A DNA stretch of 64,000 nucleotides from a virus. Positions 9,407 to 19,000 of the stretch are shown here, one piece after another; the stretch's first letter is position 1; each line of letters begins with the position of its first letter. The notes beneath the pieces were generated by a model, which saw only the letters and a list, made by a program, of their open reading frames with translations, was not told the origin of the DNA and made no database searches. The translations under genes were made by a program, and so were the position numbers. Location: positions 3,215 to 67,214 of the IMG/VR virus record IMGVR_UViG_3300022756_000004, one strand, 5' to 3'.

Positions 9407-11221
9407 ATGGCAGTCAGGACCGTTCGTCTAAATGGCGGTTCCATCTCGGCCACTGACATTGACGGCGTCGTTAATGTCAAGGACTACGGGGCTGTAGGAG
9501 ATGGAACTACAGACGACACAACAGCAGTCGGAGCGGCGTACACGGCTGCTTCGGGACGACCATTGTTCTTCCCAAACGGAACGTATTTGGTCACAGCGCT
9601 TCCGGCGCTTACCGATAAGGATCGTCTTGTAGGATCTGGATATAGTTCCATCATCAAGTATGCTGGATCCGGGACGTTGCTCACTCTTACAAGTAAGCAA
9701 GACGTTTCATTTCGGTCTTTGGATATATGGATATCTGCTGCTGGCGGAAAAGCCTTTGATCTATCCGGATGCTTTCAGATCTCTTTTGACGATGTGCGAA
9801 TTCGTGGTGCGCATGACGGCTCCACTGGATCTACATACTATGGGCAGAAGGGTTTGATCCTTCGGGATAATACGGGGAATACTAGGATCCATAATTGTGT
9901 TTTTGAAAATCTTGGCGAGGGAATAGAAACTTCGTGCATCCAGAATGAGATGACGAATTCCAAGATTGTCAATTGCTACAACAGCATTAAAGGTATTGGT
10001 GGAACGGCCAATGCTGGATTCATAGCCATTGGATGCGAGTTCATTGGAGACACCGATCCAGATACCGTTGCGGCGCATGTGAATATCACAGGTACTGCGA
10101 ACACATGGATATTCGATGGATGCTGGTTTGAAGGATCTACCACCGGATTGGTGGTGGGCGTATTCGGCTCTGGCGGTCCCAGTAGCTTCTTGATGTCGGG
10201 TTGCAAGGTTGCTGCACGAAGCGTCGGCATCCAATTCAATAATTGCCGCCAGCCCACTCTCATTGGTTGCGAGTTCAACGTGGACTCTGGCGGAACCATG
10301 ACAGAGATCGTGTTCGGAGGAAGTCCAGCCGGAGATGAAGTTATCGAAGGCATGGCCATCAACTTGGTCACGACTCTTCGATCTGACTTCGTCGATGCTG
10401 ATTTTCCACAGTACTGGAATATCTTTCGGCGTGGCTCGATGCGCACTCCGAACTTCCATTCTACGGCTAATGCAATTGTGGATGGTACCACCACCACTGG
10501 AGATCTAAAGGTGGTGAATGGATCACCGACGGCCGGTAAAGTATTGACCTCAACCGGCACTGATGGATCCATGTCATGGGCTACCCCCGACGCTACGCAG
10601 GCTGAGCTTGACGCGAAGCAGGGATTGGACGCCACCCTGACAGCTCTTGCCGCTGTTACAACGGCAGCGGACAAAGTTATCTATGCCACCGGAGTGGATA
10701 CTTTCACGACTACTGACCTCACCAGTACGGCTAGAACTTTGCTGGATGATACTTCTACTTCGGCAATGCGAACTACTCTTGGGCTGGTCATTGGTACAAA
10801 TGTGCAAGCTTGGGACGCAGATCTAGACACGCTTGCGGCGAAGGCTATTCCCACTGGTGCTCTGATCGGCACAACAGATGCTCAGACGATGAGCGCTAAA
10901 AGAATTAATCCTAGAGTTACTACGGTTGCTGCTCCGACCGGAACTCCGTCTATTAACTCGGACAACTCTGACTTTGCTATATTCACGGGCATGACCACGG
11001 CCGTTACGTCCATGACGACTAACCTCACCGGCACTCCGGTAGACGGTCAGAGGTTGTGGATATCCTTTACGGGAACTGCGGCCAGGACAATCGCGTGGGG
11101 AGCAAGTTACGAAGCTTCTACAGTGGCTTTGCCTACGACCACTGTGACAACAGCTCGTCTAGACGTTGGTTTTGTGTGGAATGCGGCAACGTCCAAATGG
11201 CGCTGCGTCGCGGTGGCCTAG
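9407..11221 (+). CDS. Tailspike/fibre with pectate-lyase-like beta-helix (putative depolymerase)
   Basis: VNVKDYGAVGDGTTDDT...FFPNGTY N-terminal motif, beta-helix repeats, actinophage-type fibre C-terminus. Confidence 0.8.
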   Translation: MAVRTVRLNGGSISATDIDGVVNVKDYGAVGDGTTDDTTAVGAAYTAASGRPLFFPNGTYLVTALPALTDKDRLVGSGYSSIIKYAGSGTLLTLTSKQDVSFRSLDIWISAAGGKAFDLSGCFQISFDDVRIRGAHDGSTGSTYYGQKGLILRDNTGNTRIHNCVFENLGEGIETSCIQNEMTNSKIVNCYNSIKGIGGTANAGFIAIGCEFIGDTDPDTVAAHVNITGTANTWIFDGCWFEGSTTGLVVGVFGSGGPSSFLMSGCKVAARSVGIQFNNCRQPTLIGCEFNVDSGGTMTEIVFGGSPAGDEVIEGMAINLVTTLRSDFVDADFPQYWNIFRRGSMRTPNFHSTANAIVDGTTTTGDLKVVNGSPTAGKVLTSTGTDGSMSWATPDATQAELDAKQGLDATLTALAAVTTAADKVIYATGVDTFTTTDLTSTARTLLDDTSTSAMRTTLGLVIGTNVQAWDADLDTLAAKAIPTGALIGTTDAQTMSAKRINPRVTTVAAPTGTPSINSDNSDFAIFTGMTTAVTSMTTNLTGTPVDGQRLWISFTGTAARTIAWGASYEASTVALPTTTVTTARLDVGFVWNAATSKWRCVAVA

Positions 11222-11222
11222 C

Positions 11223-11888
11223 ATGACCGCCGTTATTGTGGGATCTGCGCAAATTGCAGGAAACGGTACGTCTCTGACGTGCAACAAACCGACGGATACG
11301 GCTGATGGCGATCTTATGATCGCATTTCAGTTTGATGATTATGGAACTTATGCTGCGATGACGGCTCCGGCTGGATGGGCGGCGATCACTGGGCTGGATC
11401 GAGGATCCAATCTTCTGCATTTTAAGTCGTGGAGTAAGGTCGCCGCCAGTGAAGGGGCTAGCTATATATTCCAACAAGGATCTGGGAATCCAGATGGAGT
11501 TTTGCTGATTGTAACCATTCGTGGTGCGATCAATACTTCTGGTACTTGGATCTGGTCGACTCCGGTGTGGACGGCCACCGGAACTCCGAGAGTCACACCT
11601 ACTGTCGCTGGAATACTTCCCGGCGGGATATTGCTGTGCAGTGCATCCGCAGACATGAACAATGTCACCGCTGCCTGGACTGCCCCCTCTGACATGGTGA
11701 GTCTCGGGGCTCCGCAATCCACTACATATGGAACCATGTGCGTCGCAGGAATGGCCTCAGCTGCCAATCCATCTGGAACTAAATCTTTCGCAGTAACAGG
11801 AGCTCAGTTCGGCACCAGTGGCGGAATTGAGTGGGCTATTGGACTTCAACCTTTAGTTTCTGCCGGACAATTCATGGGCCTATTTTAA
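11223..11888 (+). CDS. Minor virion protein paired with fibre
   Basis: ATG directly after the fibre stop. P..TADGDLMIA...TAPAGW motif. Confidence 0.7.
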   Translation: MTAVIVGSAQIAGNGTSLTCNKPTDTADGDLMIAFQFDDYGTYAAMTAPAGWAAITGLDRGSNLLHFKSWSKVAASEGASYIFQQGSGNPDGVLLIVTIRGAINTSGTWIWSTPVWTATGTPRVTPTVAGILPGGILLCSASADMNNVTAAWTAPSDMVSLGAPQSTTYGTMCVAGMASAANPSGTKSFAVTGAQFGTSGGIEWAIGLQPLVSAGQFMGLF

Positions 11889-11912
11889 TCAGCCGTAAGG
11901 TAGGATGTCATC

Positions 11913-12236
11913 ATGGCAACAACTCTGGAGGACGTGAAGAATAACCTTCCGCCAGACGCGGTCGGTGAAGGATGGGACGACGTCAAGATTACGGGCTTGG
12001 TGGAGACAGGTGATTCTCTGGCTCGGATCATGATGACGTATTGGAGTGGTCGGGCGGCGGCCTACTCGAAGTTCGTGACCGTTTCTGAATCAGGGTCTAC
12101 GAGGTCCCTTTCAGATGTTCACAAGCAGGCTCTCGACATGCTCAAGTATTGGACTGATCGAGCCAATCGTGAAGAGGGAATCGTAGACGATCCCAGATTG
12201 CGCTCCATTCGTTTCGGTCGAATGAAGCGGGTATGA
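11913..12236 (+). CDS. Head-to-tail adaptor
   Basis: VSESGSTRSLSD motif, size and position. Confidence 0.7.
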   Translation: MATTLEDVKNNLPPDAVGEGWDDVKITGLVETGDSLARIMMTYWSGRAAAYSKFVTVSESGSTRSLSDVHKQALDMLKYWTDRANREEGIVDDPRLRSIRFGRMKRV

Positions 12237-12237
12237 G

Positions 12238-12684
12238 ATGTTGTTTGTTCCTTTTCCGGACGGTTTTGTTCCTCCCGATCCTCCTCCATATGAGCCGGGG
12301 GAACCAGGGCTAAGCGTCCTACGACAGCTGACGCATTGGTTCATTTTGCAGGACCCCAGCTACATACAGCTGACCCCAAGGGATCGGGTTAGCACTGGCA
12401 ATGGCGGCTTTACGTTGGCCGATGGTGCCCCGCGTAGCCAGCAAAGAGTCAAGATGATATTCACCGCTGGCAGCAGCGATGGAATCGTTGCGAGCCAGGA
12501 CGGCCAGGATCGACAGTACGACTTTATAGTAGTTGGTGAATGGAATGCCACTATCCATACGGATGACTACTGGGTAGATCCGCTGACAGCTCAGAAGTAT
12601 GTCGTAACCGGCGTGTCGGCTGCCAATGGCTACGAAGTGAAAGCCAGCATTAAGAGTTATGGTCCGGAGGCTCTTTATGGCTAG
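12238..12684 (+). CDS. Head-to-tail stopper
   Basis: Beta-rich 148 aa following the adaptor. Confidence 0.6.
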   Translation: MLFVPFPDGFVPPDPPPYEPGEPGLSVLRQLTHWFILQDPSYIQLTPRDRVSTGNGGFTLADGAPRSQQRVKMIFTAGSSDGIVASQDGQDRQYDFIVVGEWNATIHTDDYWVDPLTAQKYVVTGVSAANGYEVKASIKSYGPEALYG

Positions 12685-13036
12685 CACAATCAAGTTCACT
12701 TTCGACGACGGCGGCATGTCTCAGAGAATTGAGATTATGGAGGTCAAGCTCAAGGGCGCTGTCGGCATTCTGGTAGACTACGCTTCTCTCAAGGGAATGG
12801 AGCATCTGAAGACCGATGCGCCTTGGACTGATAGAACCGGCGCGGCCCGCGCGGGTCTTCACACGATCTCGTTCAGTGGCGGAGACAAGTACACTATCAT
12901 ATTCTCTCACGCGGTGCACTACGGAATTTGGCTGGAAGTCAAGTTCAGCGGTCGAGATGAAGTAATCATGCCGACTGTTCGAAAGACTGGTCGAGATCTA
13001 ATGCAATCTCTCGACGGTTTGTTGGGGCGGATATGA
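12677..13036 (+). CDS. Neck protein (HK97 gp10-like)
   Basis: APWTDRTGAAR...YGIWLEV motif. Confidence 0.75.
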   Translation: MASTIKFTFDDGGMSQRIEIMEVKLKGAVGILVDYASLKGMEHLKTDAPWTDRTGAARAGLHTISFSGGDKYTIIFSHAVHYGIWLEVKFSGRDEVIMPTVRKTGRDLMQSLDGLLGRI

Positions 13037-13449
13037 GTAGACGAGCAGTATTCCAGGCGTTGGTCAACGACACGTTTTTAAACAGCCAGGGCATTACCGA
13101 TAGCACTGTCTTTGCGAATTATAGCAAGGATGAGACTCCGGTGCGGGGATTTCCGTTCGTCATCCTGCGGTGGCAGGAACGACCGATGCGTGGTAATCTG
13201 ATCGGACCACAGATTCTTACCGTGTGGGTTCATTGGCCCAAGGAAGATTCTACGGACTTCGCCAAGGTGGATCTTATCCTCCGTCGGATAGAAGAAGTTC
13301 TTGTTGGCATGGAACAGGTAGACGGAGCCGATGGATATATCGTTACTTGTGTGAGATTTACCGGAGAAGGCGGCGATTTAGTAGATCCGGGGTACAACAC
13401 CATTACGAAGAACGGTGCTTTCGAAGTGCTGTTCCGGGCTTCTGCATGA
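13033..13449 (+). CDS. Tail terminator
   Basis: 138 aa, PFVILRW, position before major tail. Confidence 0.65.
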   Translation: MSRRAVFQALVNDTFLNSQGITDSTVFANYSKDETPVRGFPFVILRWQERPMRGNLIGPQILTVWVHWPKEDSTDFAKVDLILRRIEEVLVGMEQVDGADGYIVTCVRFTGEGGDLVDPGYNTITKNGAFEVLFRASA

Positions 13450-13487
13450 GGTATACTTAGGGGCAACCCAAGGAAGGACAGTCCAAA

Positions 13488-13769
13488 GTGGCGCAGGAAA
13501 AGGCAAAGACTTCTGATTCCGAAGAGACGACTTCGGTAGCAGAGAAGACGCCGGTCAAGTACGTAATGTATGACGGCCCGGCCTCCCGGAGGGAGATCAC
13601 GGTCGATCAGTGGTCGGCTAAAGGCATCAAGGTGGACAAGGATTCCAACTGGATGTTCGGCAACAGCTTCAAGCTGCCGGTGGCAGATTTTCCTCCGGAG
13701 GCTGTGGAGTACCTTCTCAACGAGCGTCGGGCTGACAACCGAACTTCTTTCCGGCTCGTGACTGAGTAG
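13488..13769 (+). CDS. Hypothetical tail-region protein
   Basis: AAGGA RBS, phage-like codon usage. Confidence 0.7.
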   Translation: MAQEKAKTSDSEETTSVAEKTPVKYVMYDGPASRREITVDQWSAKGIKVDKDSNWMFGNSFKLPVADFPPEAVEYLLNERRADNRTSFRLVTE

Positions 13770-13772
13770 CTC

Positions 13773-13967
13773 GTGGAGGAGCTGAGATGCGACAGCAAGA
13801 AACATGGGGTCCTGAATGACGGTGTCATCGAGATCAAATGTTCTTCTCGCTGGTGCGGATCAGAGCCCGGTGTGATCGTACTACATCGGTTCGATGCGGG
13901 GAGCGGCGTTCTTCTCGAAACTCGAAAATTCAAGGATCCCTCCAAAGGAGAACAGAAATGCCACTAG
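13773..13967 (+). CDS. Small Cys/His protein
   Basis: ELRC..KKHG...IEIKC..RWCG; fills the gap before major tail. Confidence 0.6.
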   Translation: MEELRCDSKKHGVLNDGVIEIKCSSRWCGSEPGVIVLHRFDAGSGVLLETRKFKDPSKGEQKCH

Positions 13968-14800
13968 CAGAAGCTCTGCCGTACGGCGTCCGAGACCTGA
14001 AGATCACCCCGTATCTCGACGCTGCCGGTACCCAGCTCTCGACCACCTCGGTGGATCTTCCGAACATGCAGACCCTAACCTTCAAGGAGAAGGAAGAGTT
14101 CCAGGATCTGCGCGGCGATGACCGCATCGTGACCACCCGTGGTAAGGGTGCGCAGGTTGAATGGGATCTCGAGGCGGGCGGTATCTCGCCGAAGGTGTGG
14201 GCGATTTTCACCGGCGGCGAGCTGGTCGAGTCGGGCACCACTCCGAATATCAAGATCCTCCTCCGTAAGCGCGGCTCGGACACTCGTTCGTACTTCAAGA
14301 TCGAGGGACAGTCGATCTCGGACTCCGGCGGTGACGTTCGTGTCACCATCTACCGCGCCCGTTGCAACGACACCATCGAGGGCGAGTTCAAGGACGGCGA
14401 GTTCTTCATCACCAAGGGTTCCGGTCTCGGCCTGCCCCTGCTGGATGACCAGAACGATCTCCTGTACGACATCGTGCAGAACGAGAGCCAGACCTCCATC
14501 ACTCTCACTCCGACCCCGAACCCGCTGCCGACTCCGCAGAATCTCACCGTTGGTGCGGTTACTGCGACCACGGTTGCCCTCACCTGGGATGCGGTCACTG
14601 CTGCGACCAGCTACTTGGTCGAGAAGTCAGTGTCTCCGTACAGCACTTGGACCACTCTCACGGGCACCATCACCGGTGCTTCGATCGCGGGTACCGGACT
14701 TACCACGGCGACCGCATACAAGTTCCGTGTCTCGGCGATCTTCGCATCCGGCCCGAACTCGGATCCGTCGACCACCACCGGTATCGTCACCACCTCGTAA
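13958..14800 (+). CDS. Major tail protein with C-terminal fibronectin-III domain
   Basis: AAAGGAG RBS. LPYGVRDLKI...LRGDD; C-terminal PQNL...LTWDAV...Y...GLTTATAYKFRVSA. Confidence 0.85.
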   Translation: MPLAEALPYGVRDLKITPYLDAAGTQLSTTSVDLPNMQTLTFKEKEEFQDLRGDDRIVTTRGKGAQVEWDLEAGGISPKVWAIFTGGELVESGTTPNIKILLRKRGSDTRSYFKIEGQSISDSGGDVRVTIYRARCNDTIEGEFKDGEFFITKGSGLGLPLLDDQNDLLYDIVQNESQTSITLTPTPNPLPTPQNLTVGAVTATTVALTWDAVTAATSYLVEKSVSPYSTWTTLTGTITGASIAGTGLTTATAYKFRVSAIFASGPNSDPSTTTGIVTTS

Positions 14801-14835
14801 GCAAGTCAGTTTCATAGGAGCCCTAGGAGGCCAAC

Positions 14836-15381
14836 ATGACCGATCCGTACGCAGTAACCTCGTGGGGCGTGGTCAACGCACCATTCGACATGACCACGCC
14901 TTCCGGGCAGAAGTGCCTCGTTCGTAAGCTCGAGATGGAAGACGTGCTCGCGCATGGCCTTATCAATGAGCTGGACGGAATCTCCACCGCCCTGATTGAC
15001 GAGAGCGCACCAGAGGAAGAGCAGGAGTCGGGAGCCTCCCTCCTCGTTGCCTTCAAGGATACCGAGAAGTTTGGCCGTCTGGAGAAGACGATCAACAAGA
15101 TCGTCCAGATCACCGTGGTTCAGCCCGTGATCTACGGCATCCCGGACGAAGTCATCAATCCCCAGACTCGTAAACCGGAGGCCGGTCCTCGGGTCGAGGG
15201 TCGAGCATACGTGGATCAGATCTCGTTCATGGACAAGATGTCCATCTTCGGCAAGGTGTTCGAAGGGTTTAAGGGCCTCGAGCAGTTTCGCGAAGACGAA
15301 CAAGCCAGCGATCTGGGAACTCTGGAGAATGTCGAAGCGGTATCAGCGACCGCCGAGCTCCCTGTTGGGAATCCCGCCTAG
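14836..15381 (+). CDS. Tail assembly chaperone
   Basis: AGGAGG RBS, between major tail and tape measure. Confidence 0.75.
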   Translation: MTDPYAVTSWGVVNAPFDMTTPSGQKCLVRKLEMEDVLAHGLINELDGISTALIDESAPEEEQESGASLLVAFKDTEKFGRLEKTINKIVQITVVQPVIYGIPDEVINPQTRKPEAGPRVEGRAYVDQISFMDKMSIFGKVFEGFKGLEQFREDEQASDLGTLENVEAVSATAELPVGNPA

Positions 15382-15631
15382 CACCATTCGAGGGTTCTAT
15401 CTAGACAGAGGGATATTTTTATTCTGTAGCAAGATCGAGGCAGAAATGGACGAGGCAGGGCACAAGGCGTCGAACCCCACGTTCGCTCGTGCCGCCCGCA
15501 TTCGAGTCTTTAACCGCTACATTCATCCGGAACAGGCATCCGGAAAAGGCGTGTACAAAGATCCCGTCGTCACGGTCAAGAGTGAACCCGAGGTTCAAGA
15601 GCGAGACCTAGGAGCGAACTTCTTTGGCTGA
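15329..15631 (+). CDS. Second tail assembly chaperone ORF
   Basis: Overlaps first chaperone in the +1 frame; RPPSSLLGI...FYLDRG. Confidence 0.65.
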   Translation: MSKRYQRPPSSLLGIPPSTIRGFYLDRGIFLFCSKIEAEMDEAGHKASNPTFARAARIRVFNRYIHPEQASGKGVYKDPVVTVKSEPEVQERDLGANFFG

Positions 15632-16076
15632 TTACGATCTTGTAGAGAAATTCTGGTCTTTTGTAGACGTCACTCCCGATCATTGGCTTTGGAATGGTTC
15701 TCTGACAAAGGGCTACGGCAAATTCACTTACTACGAAGATGGCGTTCGGATCCAAGAGCAAGCGCATCTATTCTCTCATCGTGTTATAGAAGGATCTGTC
15801 TATCCCGATATGGAGGCAGATCATACTTGTAAGGTGCGACATTGCGTTAAATGGGGTCCTGGACATTTAGAATGGGCGACACATTCTCTCAATGTGTTGA
15901 GGTCCGATCATGCCAATCGGAAGAAAACGCATTGCGCGAACGGCCATAGTTTTTCTGATTTCGGAGTGGTTAGCAGAAGCGGTAGCAGAGGATGCAACGA
16001 ATGCAATCGCCTATCCTATCACGCTAGAAAAATCGGAATGACCGTCAAGCAGTATTGCGAATTGGGGTTGGGCTAA
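15624..16076 (+). CDS. HNH homing endonuclease
   Basis: WLWNG...GYG...AH...DHTC..RHCV...HLE..T...N plus KTHCANGH...CNEC; AT-richer than flanks. Confidence 0.85.
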   Translation: MADYDLVEKFWSFVDVTPDHWLWNGSLTKGYGKFTYYEDGVRIQEQAHLFSHRVIEGSVYPDMEADHTCKVRHCVKWGPGHLEWATHSLNVLRSDHANRKKTHCANGHSFSDFGVVSRSGSRGCNECNRLSYHARKIGMTVKQYCELGLG

Positions 16077-19000
16077 TGGCCGACTACGACCTAGGGACTG
16101 CGCACGGCAAGATCGAGATTGACAGCGATACCCGTGGGACCGCCCAGGCACTTCGTCAGCTGGCGGAACTGAAGGCTGCGGCTGCTCAGTTGGATCGGTC
16201 GTTTGCCGAAACTCGAAGTTCCTTGGAAAACTTTTCCCACAATATCGAGGCAGTCGGGGCGTCCTCGGATTCTGGTGGGCGCAAGGTCGGTACGCTATCC
16301 AGTCGAGTTAAGACTCTCGGCACGGATAGCGATGGAGCTTCTGGCGGCGTAAGTCGCCTGAATATCGATATTCAGAAGTTGTCTGAGCTGTCTATCGCAG
16401 CCGGACAGCGGGTGGCAAAGCTACACGGAGAGATTCAGAAGTTCACTTCTCTCAGCGGTGCCCTGGGCAATATCGCTGGTAAATTCACGGACGTAGACGA
16501 TATTCTAGCCAAGGCTCCGCAGTGGCAGCAAAATATCGTAAGGGCTTCTAAGGCAGTTGCTACCTTCGGTGCTGCTTCTGGTATCATCCGTGGTGTTGTA
16601 ACATCATTTGGTGGCATGATTGCCGGTACTGCGGCATTCGGCATCATCGCGCCACGCGTGCGTACTGGCATCACCGCTATTCGAGGCTTGCTCGGTGCGG
16701 CTGCTCTCATGTCTCCGGCCTTTGCAACAGCCGGAGTGGCGCTACGTGGATTCGCTAGCTCTATTGGACTAGCCAGTCGAGGATTCTCAGCCTTCGCTGG
16801 AGGTGTCGGGCAGGCTACTCGCGGCGCTTCTCAGATGGTTATTGGTGCCCTTCTTCTGCAGAGAGGTTTAGCTGGGATCGCTACAGCGGCCAAGTTCGCT
16901 GTACTCGGGATGGGAGGCATTGCGGTAGCCGCTGCGGGCCTCCAGCTCGTCGGTACCGTGGTGCTGGGCGTGGCCAATGCGCTCAAGACGATGTCCGGAG
17001 CGGCTCTGCTGGCTCCCGGTGCGTTCACTGCGATCGGCATCACTGTTGGCGTGGCGAAGGTTGCATTCAAGGGAATGGGAGATGCCTTCAAGGCAGCTGC
17101 CTTGGATGGCAAAGAGTTCGATGACGCTGTCAAGAAGCTCTCTCCGGAGATGCAAAAGACGGCTCGAGCTGCCCATGAGATGAAGGCCAAGTTCAGCGAG
17201 ATCAGGGATGTCGCTCAGCTCACGGCTTTGAGTGGTTTCTCGGACGACATCAAGCTCGTCGGCAACACCTACATGCCGACTCTGGAACGGGGTGTGAGTG
17301 CTGTCGGAACGGGCCTGGCTAGAGTTCGTTCTGGATTCAAGGACTTCCTCCTTCAGCCTGCCACGATTCAGGACGTCAACTCGGCGTTCGGCAATACCCG
17401 TACCATTCTGGACAATCTTTCTCGCGCGGTGTGGCCATTCTTGGCAGCACTGCGGGACATTGGCTCTGTCGGTCTTGAGGTTCTAGCTGGCATCTCAAAT
17501 GGTGCTGGGCAGGCTGCGGCCAAATTTGCCAACTTCATCTCCGAGGCTCGTCGTACCGGAGAACTAAAGCAATTCATCACCGATGGCATCCAGGCTTTCA
17601 AGGATCTTGGAACTACGCTGGGAGCTACCGGCCGGGCGATCAAGACCATCTTCGAAGCCTTCGGTGCTTCGGGTGAGAACTCCCTCTCTCGATTGGCCAA
17701 GGGAGCCAAGGGCTTCGAAGATGCGATGAAGAAATCTGCTTCTGGCGGAAGCTTGCAGACTATCGCAGATTCCTTCAAGCGTATCTCCAGTATCTCTATG
17801 ACGGTAGTAGTAACTGCTCTTCAGCAGTTGATGAATATCGTGGAGAAGCTGGCTCCGTTTGCTGCGCAGATGCAAGAGTCATTCGGATCTGGTCTGGTTA
17901 CGGCGTTCAAGGCAGTGGGAACCGCTGTCTCATTCTTCGCTAGCATCATCTCCAATATCCCCGGACTTGGTGGATTCCTTGGATCTATTCTGGCGATCGG
18001 CGTTGCCCTCAAGGCGATGGCGATTCTTTTCACTCCCATTGTTCGTGCCATTCAGATTCTAGTTGGTGTCTTCAAGCTTTTGCAAGGCGCGATCAATACG
18101 ATCGCTGGTGTGAATACTGCTCTTGCTGCGATGGAGGCTCGTGGTGGAGCAGCAGCGGTGGCAGCAGGCCGAGTTCGAACGGCAATGATCCTGCTTCAGA
18201 TTGCTGGAGCTGCCCTTATCGCGACGCTTGCAGCCGTAACGGTTGCTTGGTTGGCTATTGATTCCGCCAACCAGAACGCCGAGGCTGGGATCAAGCGCGT
18301 TGCGGATCGCCAGAAGGAGTTGAAGGAAGAGACCAATAATCTGGTCGATGCGCTGACCAACAGCGGCGGTCAGATGAGCAAGAACGTGTTCGAGGTCATC
18401 TCCACAGATGTCAAGAACATGGTCAAGGATATGGAGACGGCTGCCGATCAGACGACTTCCACTTGGCAGGGTACCGGCGCGTCTCTGGAAACTCTATTCA
18501 CGCATCCGGGAGCACTCGCAAAATCTTTGTTCGATGGAATCTCGGGAGATTCAAAGAAGGCGTTTGGCGATCTGAAGGGTACCGCTCTCGAGGGTGCCCT
18601 GAGCATGAAGGCGACTGGCGAAGCGGCAGAGAAGGCCGCAACCCAGATCCAGCAGACCGGTCTATCGGCCGAGGCACTGGGTCGATTGGTTGTCGGTAGT
18701 GACGCCGATCTTCAGATTCTGATCTCGGCTCTGGCAAAGACGGACAACGGTGGCAAGGAAGCCAGCATCGCTCTGGCGCAATTGCGGCAGCAGAGCCTAC
18801 CGCTAATCGAGTCCATGGCTCGCCTCGGGCCGAATGCGATTACGCTTTCCGAGGCCATGAAGACCTTGGGGGATGCGGGCGCTTCAGCATCAGACAAGAT
18901 GAGTGCTCTCCGGACTGCGCTTCAGTCTCTGGGCATTCTGGAGTCCTCGGCTGAAGAGGCGATGTTCAATATCGCCAAGGCTGTTCAGGCGATTGTTGAT

